A stretch of DNA of 64,000 bases, from contig OZ365118.1 of the NCBI GenBank assembly GCA_977030845.1, forward strand, positions 16,864,001 to 16,928,000. Direction: 5' to 3'. Under the pieces are notes generated by a model. The model had not been told where the DNA came from and ran no database searches. It saw only the letters and a list, made by a program, of their open reading frames with translations. The position numbers and the translations under genes are program-made. Shown here in pieces: positions 53,166 to 64,000 of this stretch. This stretch comes from Fimbriosthenelais zetlandica. Its lineage: Eukaryota. The number at the start of each line of letters is the position of its first letter. Within the stretch, counting starts at the first letter, position 1.

Positions 53166-54614
53166 CTGTAAGGCAAAAGAAACATACTTGATATCTTCAA
53201 AACAATTTATCAAAGGCGTTGTCAAAAGGGCATATCGAATGAAACAGCTATTGAATTATGCAGGTCTGGCAATTGCTAATATCATCGACAGCGGTGATAT
53301 TTATCGCATGCACCCCCAAGAGTTCCTACAGTTTCCATTAAGCTTCTCTGTGGAGAAACCGAGAGCAAACGGTTAGCCAACTAATTACTGTATGCCTGAG
53401 GAAACTTGGCGTTATTTTCTCCCCAAGAGGAATCGGTGCAGTTCCTCTGAGCGCTCGTGTAACGTGTGAAATGGTTTGGCAAATAGTTGGGGGCTTTGGC
53501 GCGGCGAGCACTTGAAGGAGAGGGACGCCCAATAAAAAACAGCTGCACTTTGCTCTGACATTGGCAGCGTAAACAATTGTGGGAGCGTCTCCCCAATTGG
53601 TCAGCCTTCCACTGCAATTTACTGTTTCGGCAATGAGCCGTCATGGGCAATTAGGGCTTAACAGTGTTGGAGACAATAAAAGGAACCTCAGGAGTCGGGG
53701 GTGTGTTTAACGGTGCCCGCCTTCCAAAAGTATGGCCGCACGCACAGACATAAAAACCCAAGTCACAGGAGAGGCTAACAATATCCCTTTTAAGGAGACT
53801 TTGATGGCTGCTTTAGTACAAGATATTGCGGTAGTTTTGCTATCAAGATGCTAAAATATGGCACTGACACTTGGGTTTTATTCACTGGCCTTGACGACCG
53901 CTGGGTTTGAAGGTGGAGCAAGACGTCATAAGGGAGATAGGTTTTAAGAGATTTAGTGCTTACACTTAAAATCCTTTTTGGAGATAACAGTATTTGTTTG
54001 AGTCCTTTCTGATGGCATTGTTGGGAGAAAATTGGCTTTATCTAACGTGGACAATAAATTTACCCCCAGCTCTCCTGGAATGTGTGGGAATAGGTGTGTT
54101 TAGAGTAGCAAGTGATCATACCCACAACTGGCATATTATATATGAGTGTAGCCTACTCAAATGATAGGATGTTTTTGGCAAAATAATTGAATTTTAGAAC
54201 ATGCTGCACTTTCTCAGATACTCTCATCCACTATGACATTCAATGGAATATAACATTATGTAGATTAGATTAATTGAATCAGTACCGGAAATACAATACA
54301 AAAAGAGGTAAATGTCCTCGAAAAGCAGATCTTTCTTATCAGAACAATCTTTGACCAAAAGTGATTGTGCTGGTAAAAGGGGTTAAATGATTCATAAACC
54401 GAATACACCATTTGCCTTTTTCGTGTTAATTGTATGAAGGTGTTAAATCATGTCCCGTCTGGTCTAATGAGACTTGAGTGCTGTATGGTGGTCACAATCC
54501 ATGCCCCAACTCCCCATCTTACTTAGAGGTTACTACAGAGTAAGGCCACAAATGGGCCCACCATACATCAAGTCTGAATAAAGCCAATTTATTGTTACTT
54601 GTCACAATAATGTA

Positions 54615-54731
54615 CCGTATTTGCCGGAGTATAAACCGCTGCTTTGTGTAGAAATCAATACTAAAATCGTTGTATTAACCGAAGGCCATGATTTTTTGCG
54701 AAAAAGTCGCGGCTTATACTCTGGCAAATAC
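54615..54731. mobile_element. Short pogo/Tc1-mariner-like MITE in the last intron of gene B
   Basis: Left end TA|CCGTATTTGCCGGAGTATAAACCGC (54615-54639). Right end GCGGCTTATACTCTGGCAAATAC (54709-54731) is its reverse complement at 21/23 positions. The TA-CCGTATTT terminus is typical of pogo-type MITEs. The right TIR lacks its last few bases. Confidence 0.75.
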
Positions 54732-55435
54732 ATCCAAAATAATATACTTGAATAAGAGTTGTGATAGAATTCATGTTGATACTGCCAAGATAATCCAGAC
54801 CTAATGGGGTAAGTAATCCTCAGAGAATAATATGTGTACAAGTTTGTATATGACAAAAGGCATCAAGTGACCCAGTACTGTATTGTGCTAGCACTGAGAG
54901 CACACACATTTTTGCTTCCCATCAAGCGATCACATAATTGCCTAAAAGAATGCCGTGCAGCTTTGTAGTCGAGTGTAGAGAGAGAGCCTTTAATACAAGC
55001 TATGTGAAGAAGCTCTTCTTGAAAGGACCTTTTGTCTGTACGCTTCACAAATACAACTCTCCGCTATTCATTATTCCTCTAATCCCTGACTGTTTTACCT
55101 TCCCAGAGAAAGACAAATAGTCTCACTTCATTTGTTTGTCAGTAAAATGGACTTGAATTTCTTATTAAAGTTTCTGATCCGAGAAACTTGCTGTTAATGA
55201 TCCTATTTTGTCTAAAATATGACACTACTTCCCCATCTTAATTCCCGTCTATAGACATCTCTCATTGAAAATTACCTCGAGATGAGAGTTTGAGCAGAAA
55301 GTTGCTCTAAGCTATTTCAGATTATATGTTGGGCATTGCATAATAATTCTACGAGCTCTTGCATTTAGCCCATTATAACTGGCCACTACACTAATACCCC
55401 TATCACTGCCTCTCATCTCGTATTCCCATACTTAC

Positions 55436-55619
55436 CCTGTTTTTCGTTTTGACCTTTTTACGGCGTGTTCGACACGCATACTCAATAATAGAGGCGAAGA
55501 TGGCTACGAGTATACCCAGAGCCAGGAAGATGAAGATGCCCGCCATGTTGTGGACGGACAATGACTGGGAGGTCAGGGTCGGGCGGCTCCGGTCTGGGCA
55601 CTTGTTCTCAGGCCACCAC
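55436..55619 (-). CDS. iGluR gene B, M4 exon
   Basis: Acceptor tcatattctAG (55621-55620) and donor AGG|GTAAGT (55435). 184 bp, the same length and phases as the gene A M4 exon: (R)WWPENKCPDRSRPTLTSQSLSVHNMAGIFIFLALGILVAIFASIIEYACRTRRKKVKTKNR. Confidence 0.93.
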
Positions 55620-56413
55620 CTAGAATATGAGAATACAACCATAAATCAGTGGTCAAAATCTCATTTAAAATATACATGCAGACTCTCTGTTATTTCTCTG
55701 AAATTCTGTAATTTCCTAATCAAAAGCTCTTAATAATGTTACCACAAATAACCTGTTTATTTGCTACAATGATATTTCAGTATTTGTCATTCTTGTAAAT
55801 AATCTTTAATTGATCAGAGTAATATCGAATCAAAACTGATAAGAATCCATAGAATGTGATTTTCTGCTCTTACAAATCTATGCATAACTGAATGATGAAG
55901 AATTACTCATTGTAAAGTCCTTCCTGTGGCTGACACAATAGATAGCCAGTATCAGGGGGGAAGCATTCTGTATGCAGTGCTTGTACCTAACCCAGGCTAC
56001 TGGTCAGAGATACCCAACATGCCCGGGGCAGCCTATAAACAATGATAGCAACAAGACCATTGTTGCTGTGGGATAGAGTGAGTAGTGATAAGAAACACCC
56101 CCGGGGTGGTTCTAGTCCTTACTCCATGCTTTTCAAGTTATTCCCCACCAAGGTTGACCCTCTATCTCCAGGTCCAAGCATGCTGACTATCTCCCCCTGG
56201 GAATGATGCCAAGAGGGAACCAGGGAAACATGAAGAGATTATCCATGTTACCCACACAATCTGCCTCTATCTCCTAATCTCATCCAATTTACCGAGCAGG
56301 ACGTCTGTAACTTATGTGATATAAGACAAGCATCATCTAATCCCCCACACCACCACCTCTATTGGTAATAACCTTTTATAAAGGCCTCACTTTATGGCCC
56401 AATCAAGACCTAC

Positions 56414-57285
56414 CTGACCTCCATTTCATGTAGACGCCCATTTTCGGCAAGTCGTAAAAGGGCCATGCTTAGCGTATCTCTGTAAGACGCCCCCTGTGGG
56501 ACGGCAATGGCAAAAGACTTGAGGTCAATCTGCTCCACTATCTCTAGTAAGTCACAATTCTCATTGACCTTCGACCTCACACTGGTAGACTCCCAGATAA
56601 ATGCATACGAGCCTTCCTTGGCACTGTTGACCTTCTGGAAGCCCAGTTCGGGGTCGTTGACCATGACGCTAGGTACAGCAGAGCTCATGGTGTGCCATAA
56701 GCTCTGGTACTGGTGTATACGACTCTGCTGCAAGAAAGCTGTCACTTGACTGTTCCTTACTGTGCCATACTGTATTCTCGTCTGAGTGGCGAGATCTCGT
56801 AATGAGTGTATACTGGGCACCTCCACTGAGGACACAGTTAGCAGCGCTGCAAAGTTCGCCGTGTACGACGATATGACCATGAGACTGAAGAACCACAGAG
56901 CTCCTGCTAATATCCTCCCCGATATAGTCCTCGGGTTGATATCTACAGTTCTCAGGATCATTGAAGTAAAAGTGAACCAAATGCTTTTGTCGGCCCCGAT
57001 GAGGCGGAAGCGGGAACCTTGGGTGTTGTTTGGTTCAAAGTTGGAATAAAAGGCGGGGGCGACACGGTCAATGACGTAGAAGGTGATGCTGAAGAGGGCC
57101 AGTACGCCCAGGAGGACAATCCAGACCAGGGGTGAGAGAGGGTTGAGGAAGAGAAAGAGAGAGGAGCTGGTCTTGGCCCGTTTCATCACCACACTCAGGC
57201 CAGTTGTCTTGAATGTTTTAGTGAAATCCACAACTTCCTCCAAGTCTGAGGTGGTTATGATGGGCCCGATACCCATAGCAGCCGT
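56414..57285 (-). CDS. iGluR gene B, internal core exon (end of S1, M1, M2, M3, most of S2)
   Basis: Acceptor attttctccctacAG (57287-57286) and donor AG|GTAGGT (56413). 872 bp, phase 0 to phase 2. Has VVDFTKTF, LNPLSPLVW, WFTFTSMILRTVDINPRT, SYTANFAALLT, SLRDLATQTRIQYGTVRNSQV, YAFIWE and YRDTLS. About half the residues are identical to gene A by hand alignment. Confidence 0.95.
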
Positions 57286-60217
57286 CTGTAGGGAGAAAAT
57301 AGAGATAGGTTGATTAGTTTTATCCCACATTTTATAGTACAATTGGTATGTATAATCATAGCAAAGATTATGTTCTAGATGAAATGAACATCTATACTGT
57401 GTACTCACTCCCATGTTAGCTAAATAATTCAGTCACAAAACATGCAATCTTGTTGTCTGAATATTGACTTCCCATTAATTTCACTGAACTTTTACCGATA
57501 ACTTCAAATACAATCAGATTGTTGCATTGACCCAATCAAATGTTGCCATTAGCCTTCATCAAATATCAAAGACGCATTTGTCGAACCTAGATTTGGTGAT
57601 AAATGTGCACGTGATCTGTTTTGATCTTTAATGAATCATCCTTGGTGAGTTGTAAACCAGGATGTCAGTTTCCAAATCCTTGTTTCCTAGTTCACTTCCG
57701 GATGCAATATCGACGGTCCATAGTGTCCATTGGAAGAGTTTAAGTGAATTTCGTTTCGTGACACAACTTCTTCATTCTTGACACATATTTACAGCTTAGT
57801 CTTAAAGTCATCGCTCACCACCACCTCCAGCCATGGTGTTTGATCGGCTATCAGTCACAGAGCTTGTTCAGCCCGGCTTTTACTCCGGAAAACAGCAATT
57901 TCAGCCCATGCCGAAAAACGCCAATCAAAGCGGTGGCTAGTGTGATCAGTCAGTGGCCAGGACGAGCGGCGTGAGGCAAGTAAAAGGGCCACGACCAGGC
58001 CCTGTGTGAAGGGCCCCAGGTGGCCGAGGTGCAACTGGCCTTCTTGCCAATAGACATTTTGCTTTGCTGGCCAATTCATCATGAGAAGTTGGGAATACAA
58101 AGGCTGCAGGGAAATTAATTGATCTGAACACTTGGGCTCAGGTTCAAGAGATAAATTTGATTTTTCAACTTTGTATTGGAAAGTGTCACAAACGTACCAT
58201 TTTTCTTTTACATTGATGCGTGCATATAATATATATTATATGATGTTGACAGATGGAATTGCATTAAGAAGTGAAAGTGATGGAGGGAATCATAACTTCC
58301 AAGATCCATCCTCAAAATCTCTTTGCATATCACAAACATTTCAAATTTTGAAATATATAGCTACCCCAACTTGTGAATGACTTTATTCACTTAAGACTAG
58401 TAAGTTAAAATATCCCGCTGAGATTGCCTATAAAATTTATGTAGCATAAAAGTAAATGCACTTTTTTAAGGGGAAACTTTAGGATCCGGCATGTAAATTG
58501 ACTATTATTTTGCATTCAGCTCTTATACTCTCTTGCTGAAGCTTTCAAATGGCTTTCATGCATATCCATTTCCATGTACTCAGGGTATTTATATGACTGA
58601 AATAAATAGTAAAAACCGCCGACTATGGATACTTTCAGGGACTTAACCACTGTTTTAATTTCCTGACAAGAAGTATATGCCACATAGGACAATTCTATTA
58701 CACGCGACAGAAATCAGACCAATAAAACTCTGACAGCCCCTTCAAATATCCAATGCTCAGAGGCTTTTTGTGATCTTGTTAATTCTATCTTCTTATAACA
58801 AAGGAAGCTGAGCTGGCGGATGTTGCAGTTTCCATGGTAACGCTCAGTTTCCGAGTCGGACTGTATGAATCTATTCATGGCTTTTTACATCAGACCACTT
58901 GGGGGAGAATTTATCCCTCATTCTCACTTTCATTCTTGTTCCAATTTATGGAATTTCCTCGGCAAAATGACAGTACTTTGCTGCTATAATGGTGGCAATT
59001 TAACAATGAATATATGAGAGTCACTCTAAATTGTATTGATTAATGCTCTTATATATAATTCCACATGAGGATGTGAAGAATGAGGTATGGTAGTTTTAAA
59101 ACAAAGAAATTAGCACAGTACTTAGTCAGCCAATGAATGTGTATATTGTGCATTAATGTGTCCAAGTAATGTAGCCACATGTTGTGTAATTCTCATTATT
59201 GTCTCAATTTATTGCCATTATACTCAGAGTTTGATCATGATTATGGTCAATATAGAGAGCTACCATCGATCAATATTGGGTGTTACAACCCCTCCTTATT
59301 AGCAATATGAGCAATGTTTAGGGGTACATTATAATTATAGGCAATTCACTTTATGCCCAATGTATGTAGTTCCTTTCAATTGAATCAGGCCTGGCTTGCC
59401 TCATTCTCCATGCAGGACTTGGTGCCTGATCTGGGCGGCTCATTGCTGGGTGATTAATTGCATGTTTTGTGTCATTAATGAGACTGGTCTTCTTCGTCTA
59501 ATTGATGTGCAGTATGGTCAATTATTGCTAATGTTAGGTGTGCTTGCCTTGTAAGGTATGTATTATATAGGCCTGCACTGAATGGTAAGTAGAGGGCTGT
59601 ATTGACAGCAATGGATCACTGCCTGAGGCGAGCCTGGTTTGGCTTGTCATTCTTGTTTATTGCACTGATTGCAACATTGGTATATGGCTTGAATAAGGAG
59701 CGAGTAGTGAAATCACTTTTGACATATATGTGAAGCACCCGTATGTTATAATATACCGAGTGTCATTATATATAGCTAGATGATTTATCATTTCATAACA
59801 AAGATCTACTGTATACTGGTAATATATGTCCTTGATGAAATTAATTTGGAATTAACATCAGGGGATTTTATTATCAATTTACTTAATTTTATTTATCGCT
59901 AAACCCATCGTTAGAGTTGTCCTTTTATTCACATAGAAGTTATAAGAAACGCAACCAATCCCTGTTTAGATTGAAAGGGAAATTATTAAGTAAAACACGG
60001 TATAAGTTGGGTAAACACAGTGGGTAAAGCCCTCGTTTTAAAGATTTATTCATCTTCCCTTATCTCAGCAAAATCCCCATCATTTGAATGGAAGACGATT
60101 AGATCCTTTATAAAAAATAAACAGAGGGGCGGGGGATTTTTAATAGGATCAATTCAATGTAGGATTTAAGGATCTGCTAGGATGTATCGTGAAAGCGGAA
60201 AAGGAAAGAGGTCTTAC

Positions 60218-60421
60218 CCCATTAGAGACTTGTCCTACCAGGCCGTCCCATGAGCCGTTCCCAAGGCGGGAGCCAAGTCGGCCTGCCGGAGCCGTATACA
60301 GCTCGTATGTATATCCGAGTAGCTCAGCCAGAGCCTTGAGCAGGTCAATACAAAACCCCTCATATTTCTGGTTCCCATGGAAACGGTGGTGGTCTGAGCG
60401 CAGCTGGACGAAGGGACTTTC
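60218..60421 (-). CDS. iGluR gene B, S1 exon
   Basis: Acceptor ...tgtccctgcAG (60423-60422) and donor GGG|GTAAGA (60217). 204 bp, phase 0/0: ESPFVQLRSDHHRFHGNQKYEGFCIDLLKALAELLGYTYELYTAPAGRLGSRLGNGSWDGLVGQVSNG. Has the canonical G[FY]CIDLL motif. ELYTAPAGRLG resembles the delta-type EIYxAPDxxYG. Confidence 0.93.
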
Positions 60422-63400
60422 CTGCAGGGACACACGAGTGGGAGAAAGAAAAAAAAAGATTAGAAAGAGAGAAGATCAAATATGATAGAATCACAAATTA
60501 ATGACTCCCAGGGGGACTGGGGAAGAGGGGGGTTGATGTGGGGGTTGGGGATGATCAGTGTTGGAGACAGAGGGAACAAAACGTACCCTCATCTCTTCTA
60601 AATGTGGGATAAAGAGCAATAAATTCCACAGTGATTTGCTGTGGAGATTGAAAGGAAAGTTTATACGGAAGGGGAGCCAGACTTCTTGGCAATATCCCAA
60701 CATAAAAGGCAATAGAGAAGCTCCCTCCTATATATATGCAGTCCTATTCAGAAGATCTTATATAAATTTCAATAGCGAGACAGCTAATGAACTTAGAGCT
60801 TCCGATACAATGTTGGCCATCATGGGGGAGGACGAGGGAAAGCGTTCACTGCCCATAGAGATGTATTTAATGTCCTGCCTCCATTACTAGTACTGGTGGA
60901 GCACGCTCTCTTGTCTCTTGTCTAATTTCCTATTGGTTCCACTCTATAACGTAATTAAGACTCATCCATCATAACACCGCAGTTTAATCAAGCAGAAGTG
61001 TTGTATTTAATGGTTTTAATTCCTCCCTTCAAGACACCATAACAGGTGATGATTTGAAAGCCTCGCAATTAGATACTGACCAGTTAATGGCATACTAATG
61101 CTTTAATCTACCTTAAAGACCATATAAACCCATATTGAATCCCATTTTTCAGTTATCCTTATATGTAAGGGTTAAATCCAGTGCGCTCCTCAGTTTAAGT
61201 ATACTGAATTCATTGAGCTGCCTCAACTCAAGATTGTAACACACAAATGGAACTGACTTGTCTCACACAAATGAACCAAGCGGTTGGATTCAGGACTGTT
61301 GGTGGTTTTAATGTTAGCATCGTGCGGGATTAGATTTCTCACTTACAAGCTAATATAAACTGTGAGAGTTGTCCGCGATGCCTCCCACTTTATACCACCA
61401 GGGACGCACTTTTCCATCTATTTTCCCTCTCTCTGGTACAGGGGATCATGCATAAATCTGTAATGACCACAAAGAAGGAGTTGCCAGACACTAATACTGG
61501 TCCGATTTGTGGTCTTCAACGCCAGGCCAGGCCACCGGGGGACCCATTATCTTCCTCTGTCTGGCCTGACAGGCCATTGGCTGGAGGCAGATCACGTGGT
61601 TACCTATGACGCTTGTGATTGGTGAATAATAAGGAGAGGGTGGCTAAGCGCTTGCACGTGAGCCAGTCTTGTCTCACGTCTGTCTGTTCACTCGAAAGGT
61701 GGCTACACAAACTCATCTATCTTTGTCCCGTGTCAAAGTGCATGCCAAGAGGTCAGGGAGAAAAAGCCCCCCACCTCCAGGCATAATTACAGAGCTATTG
61801 ATTTGCGGGTTGACCAGGGCAGGTGACCCTTGACCCTGGCTGTCACTGCCGCTGACAGACTAAATGTAAGCGCTGAGATTTCCCTCCCGACACTGACAGT
61901 AAGTTATTGGACTCTGCTAAGAAGTAAATTTGATCATTACCTTCCTTCCTTCTCCTCATTTTCCACTCGCCAGGCCACAGGGGATGTTTTCACCATACAT
62001 GTTTTTTTTACTGCCCAGGAAAGTGTCCTAGCGTTTTTAACTGTCCATACAGCCTTCCCTGACATGGTTTTACCTTGTCCATTGTTATGAGCTAGAATTA
62101 TGAAGGATTGAGCCTTGCTTGGCTATATGTATGCCCTTGCCAAAAAGATCAATAATGAAATAATGAATTGTGTTTTTACACCATGCCAAACTGATCCAAC
62201 TCGATACCTGAATAATCTAGAATAATAAAGTAATGATATTTTAATTATGAGATTTAAAGTTTCTCTTGCAAAGCACAGCACTGCTTGTCGTCAGTCCAGC
62301 ATTTCCATCAGGCTGATCCAGTCTGCAGGCCCGTCCCTCAGAGTCGGTGTTATTTCAGCCACCTAAATCTTGATGAGTTATTTTAGAAGCATCGACAGAA
62401 AGAAGATTCTGTGCCATGCTCCAGCACCCAATCCTCCAAGCTCCAGCTTCAGTTGGCCACCCCCGCTCACCCAGCCCGGCTTGTGTCTCTGAGAATAGAA
62501 ACTCTAGACAAGTGGGGGTCCTCACCGATGGAAAGATCATAATGAATCCAAACCTTGATCCCACCTCATTTTTACCTATACCAAATGACAACAAAGGAAT
62601 ACTGTGGCAATATTCCCGGCCGGGATATAAATTGCAGGTGACACTCGGATGTCGGGAATATGATGGCAAGCTCCCGAGTCTTTGTACTTTGATTGCAATA
62701 CACCATCTGCCTTAACTTCAGAGGCTGATAGAAATACAAGAATACCACACTGTTAAACCTGGCAATATTGTCCCTTCATTTGATATAGAAAAGATTACCT
62801 TTCATAAGACAAATTTTCTTTTATAGACAGGGATGAAAGCTTGGTGGTTTTTTAATTGATTAGTAACAGTTCCAAATCTGAACATTTAATGACTCATTTA
62901 ACCTAATTCGGAGGTAGAAATGTAACAGTGTATAGGTCCACAGGGCATATGGTTATGCAGGTTGACTGATGCACGCTGATTATAGCATTGCCGCCATTGC
63001 CTTTCTTTGTACAGGGTCCGTTTAGAAAGACTGCAAACTGCTGATAACTTGGCGCTTTGTTCATTTCCATCAAAGAGATTACACATGGGCATTTATAGAA
63101 AAACCTTCCTGCCTTATACATCATACAAGGCCTTTTGATAATGTCAAATACAAAGGAGGAACCATATTGAAAGCCGTCTTCTCTCTATATATACACAGAT
63201 TCCACACTCTTGTGCTAAAACTCTGTAGATTTAAATGTGCCAGGCTAAAGGGCCACTCTTTACAATTCAAAAGTAATGGATTTGACGATGAAGTAGTCTT
63301 CCTGAAAGGTATTTATTTGAGTTGTAAATGTCATATGGAAAACATAAAATGGTGTACCTCTGTGGAAACGACACTTCGCTAGCTCTGCTGCTCTGTGCAG

Positions 63401-63642
63401 TTGGCAAGCAGATTTTCCTAGAGAGCATTAGATCAAGTTTAATTGTTCTCTGCAACGTTGAACTATTCCAAAGGGCCCAAAATCTGGACTTAATGTTTTC
63501 TTTTCTTGCTTCAAATTGATCTGAGACAAAGCTGTTCTTACTCAGAACTCTGAAGGGACTGAGCGTCATGCCTGCATACTGTCCCATTTAACATTTATTT
63601 TTTATGTTAAAATTATATTGAATGTTACAAAAATGAAGTTAC

Positions 63643-63783
63643 CTGAACCATGACCACTCTGATATGTTCGCCGCGGAGTGGTTCCTTGGCCGGGGTGGCA
63701 TGCTCCGGCGCCACCTTTTGTACTGTCAGATTCATATGCAGCCTTTTCTGAGCATCCGTCTCTGACGAATTCCAGAATCCGAC
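63643..63783 (-). CDS. iGluR gene B, exon at the ATD-S1 junction; gene continues beyond the window end
   Basis: Minus-strand acceptor ttctcttcgcctcAG (63785-63784) and donor CAG|GTAACT (63642). 141 bp, phase 0/0: VGFWNSSETDAQKRLHMNLTVQKVAPEHATPAKEPLRGEHIRVVMVQ. Joins the next exon as VVMVQ|ESPFV, matching the iGluR VTTILE[ES]PYV motif. Confidence 0.85.
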
Positions 63784-64000
63784 CTGAGGCGAAGAGAAAT
63801 GACAAAAAGAAAGGTACAAATTGTATCATCCCCCTCCTCAAGACACCACTTTGTAATGTTTAATTAACATTAGCAGGCTTAAATTACTGTAGGTTACATT
63901 AAATGTTGATTCATCTTGTGTAGGAGATATTTCTGGTGGGGGATAGGATACTAAAGGAGGCGGAATACATGTGGAGTTGTGAACGTGTGGTACGTGTTCT

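Noticed and set aside
1-64000. CRISPR arrays, rRNA/tRNA genes, prokaryotic operons, intact transposase or RT genes
   Set aside because: None seen. The spliced gene structure shows the DNA is eukaryotic.

Overview
This is eukaryotic (animal, most likely invertebrate bilaterian) genomic DNA. It holds the 3' portions of two paralogous non-NMDA ionotropic glutamate receptor (iGluR) genes with delta/kainate-like motifs, arranged tail-to-tail about 46 kb apart. Gene A (+) has exons 932-1773, 5185-5368 and 6554-6685. Gene B (-) has exons 63783-63643, 60421-60218, 57285-56414, 55619-55436 and 53165-53028. Both genes start outside the window. The three exons visible in both genes match in boundary and intron phase. 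Main observations: (1) both share a non-canonical pore loop, SM[VI]LR[VT]xD in place of AFMQQGCD. (2) Gene B has lost the agonist-binding Arg and two other S1 pocket residues and has an altered gate motif (SYTANFAAL), while gene A keeps the Arg. (3) Their cytoplasmic last exons are unusually conserved at protein level despite heavy synonymous divergence. (4) Gene A has a UGA-C stop followed by an in-frame, GC3-rich, His-rich segment, and an open +1 frame that M4-exon skipping would reach. The intergenic interval has no recognisable protein gene. It contains a ~1 kb/3.7 kb tandem duplication with a templated inverted junction, a 2.6 kb element bounded by inverted repeats with a dense AGGCCT cluster, small MITE-like elements, low-complexity tracts and several promoter/enhancer-like blocks. 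All alignments and counts were done by hand; no database search was run.
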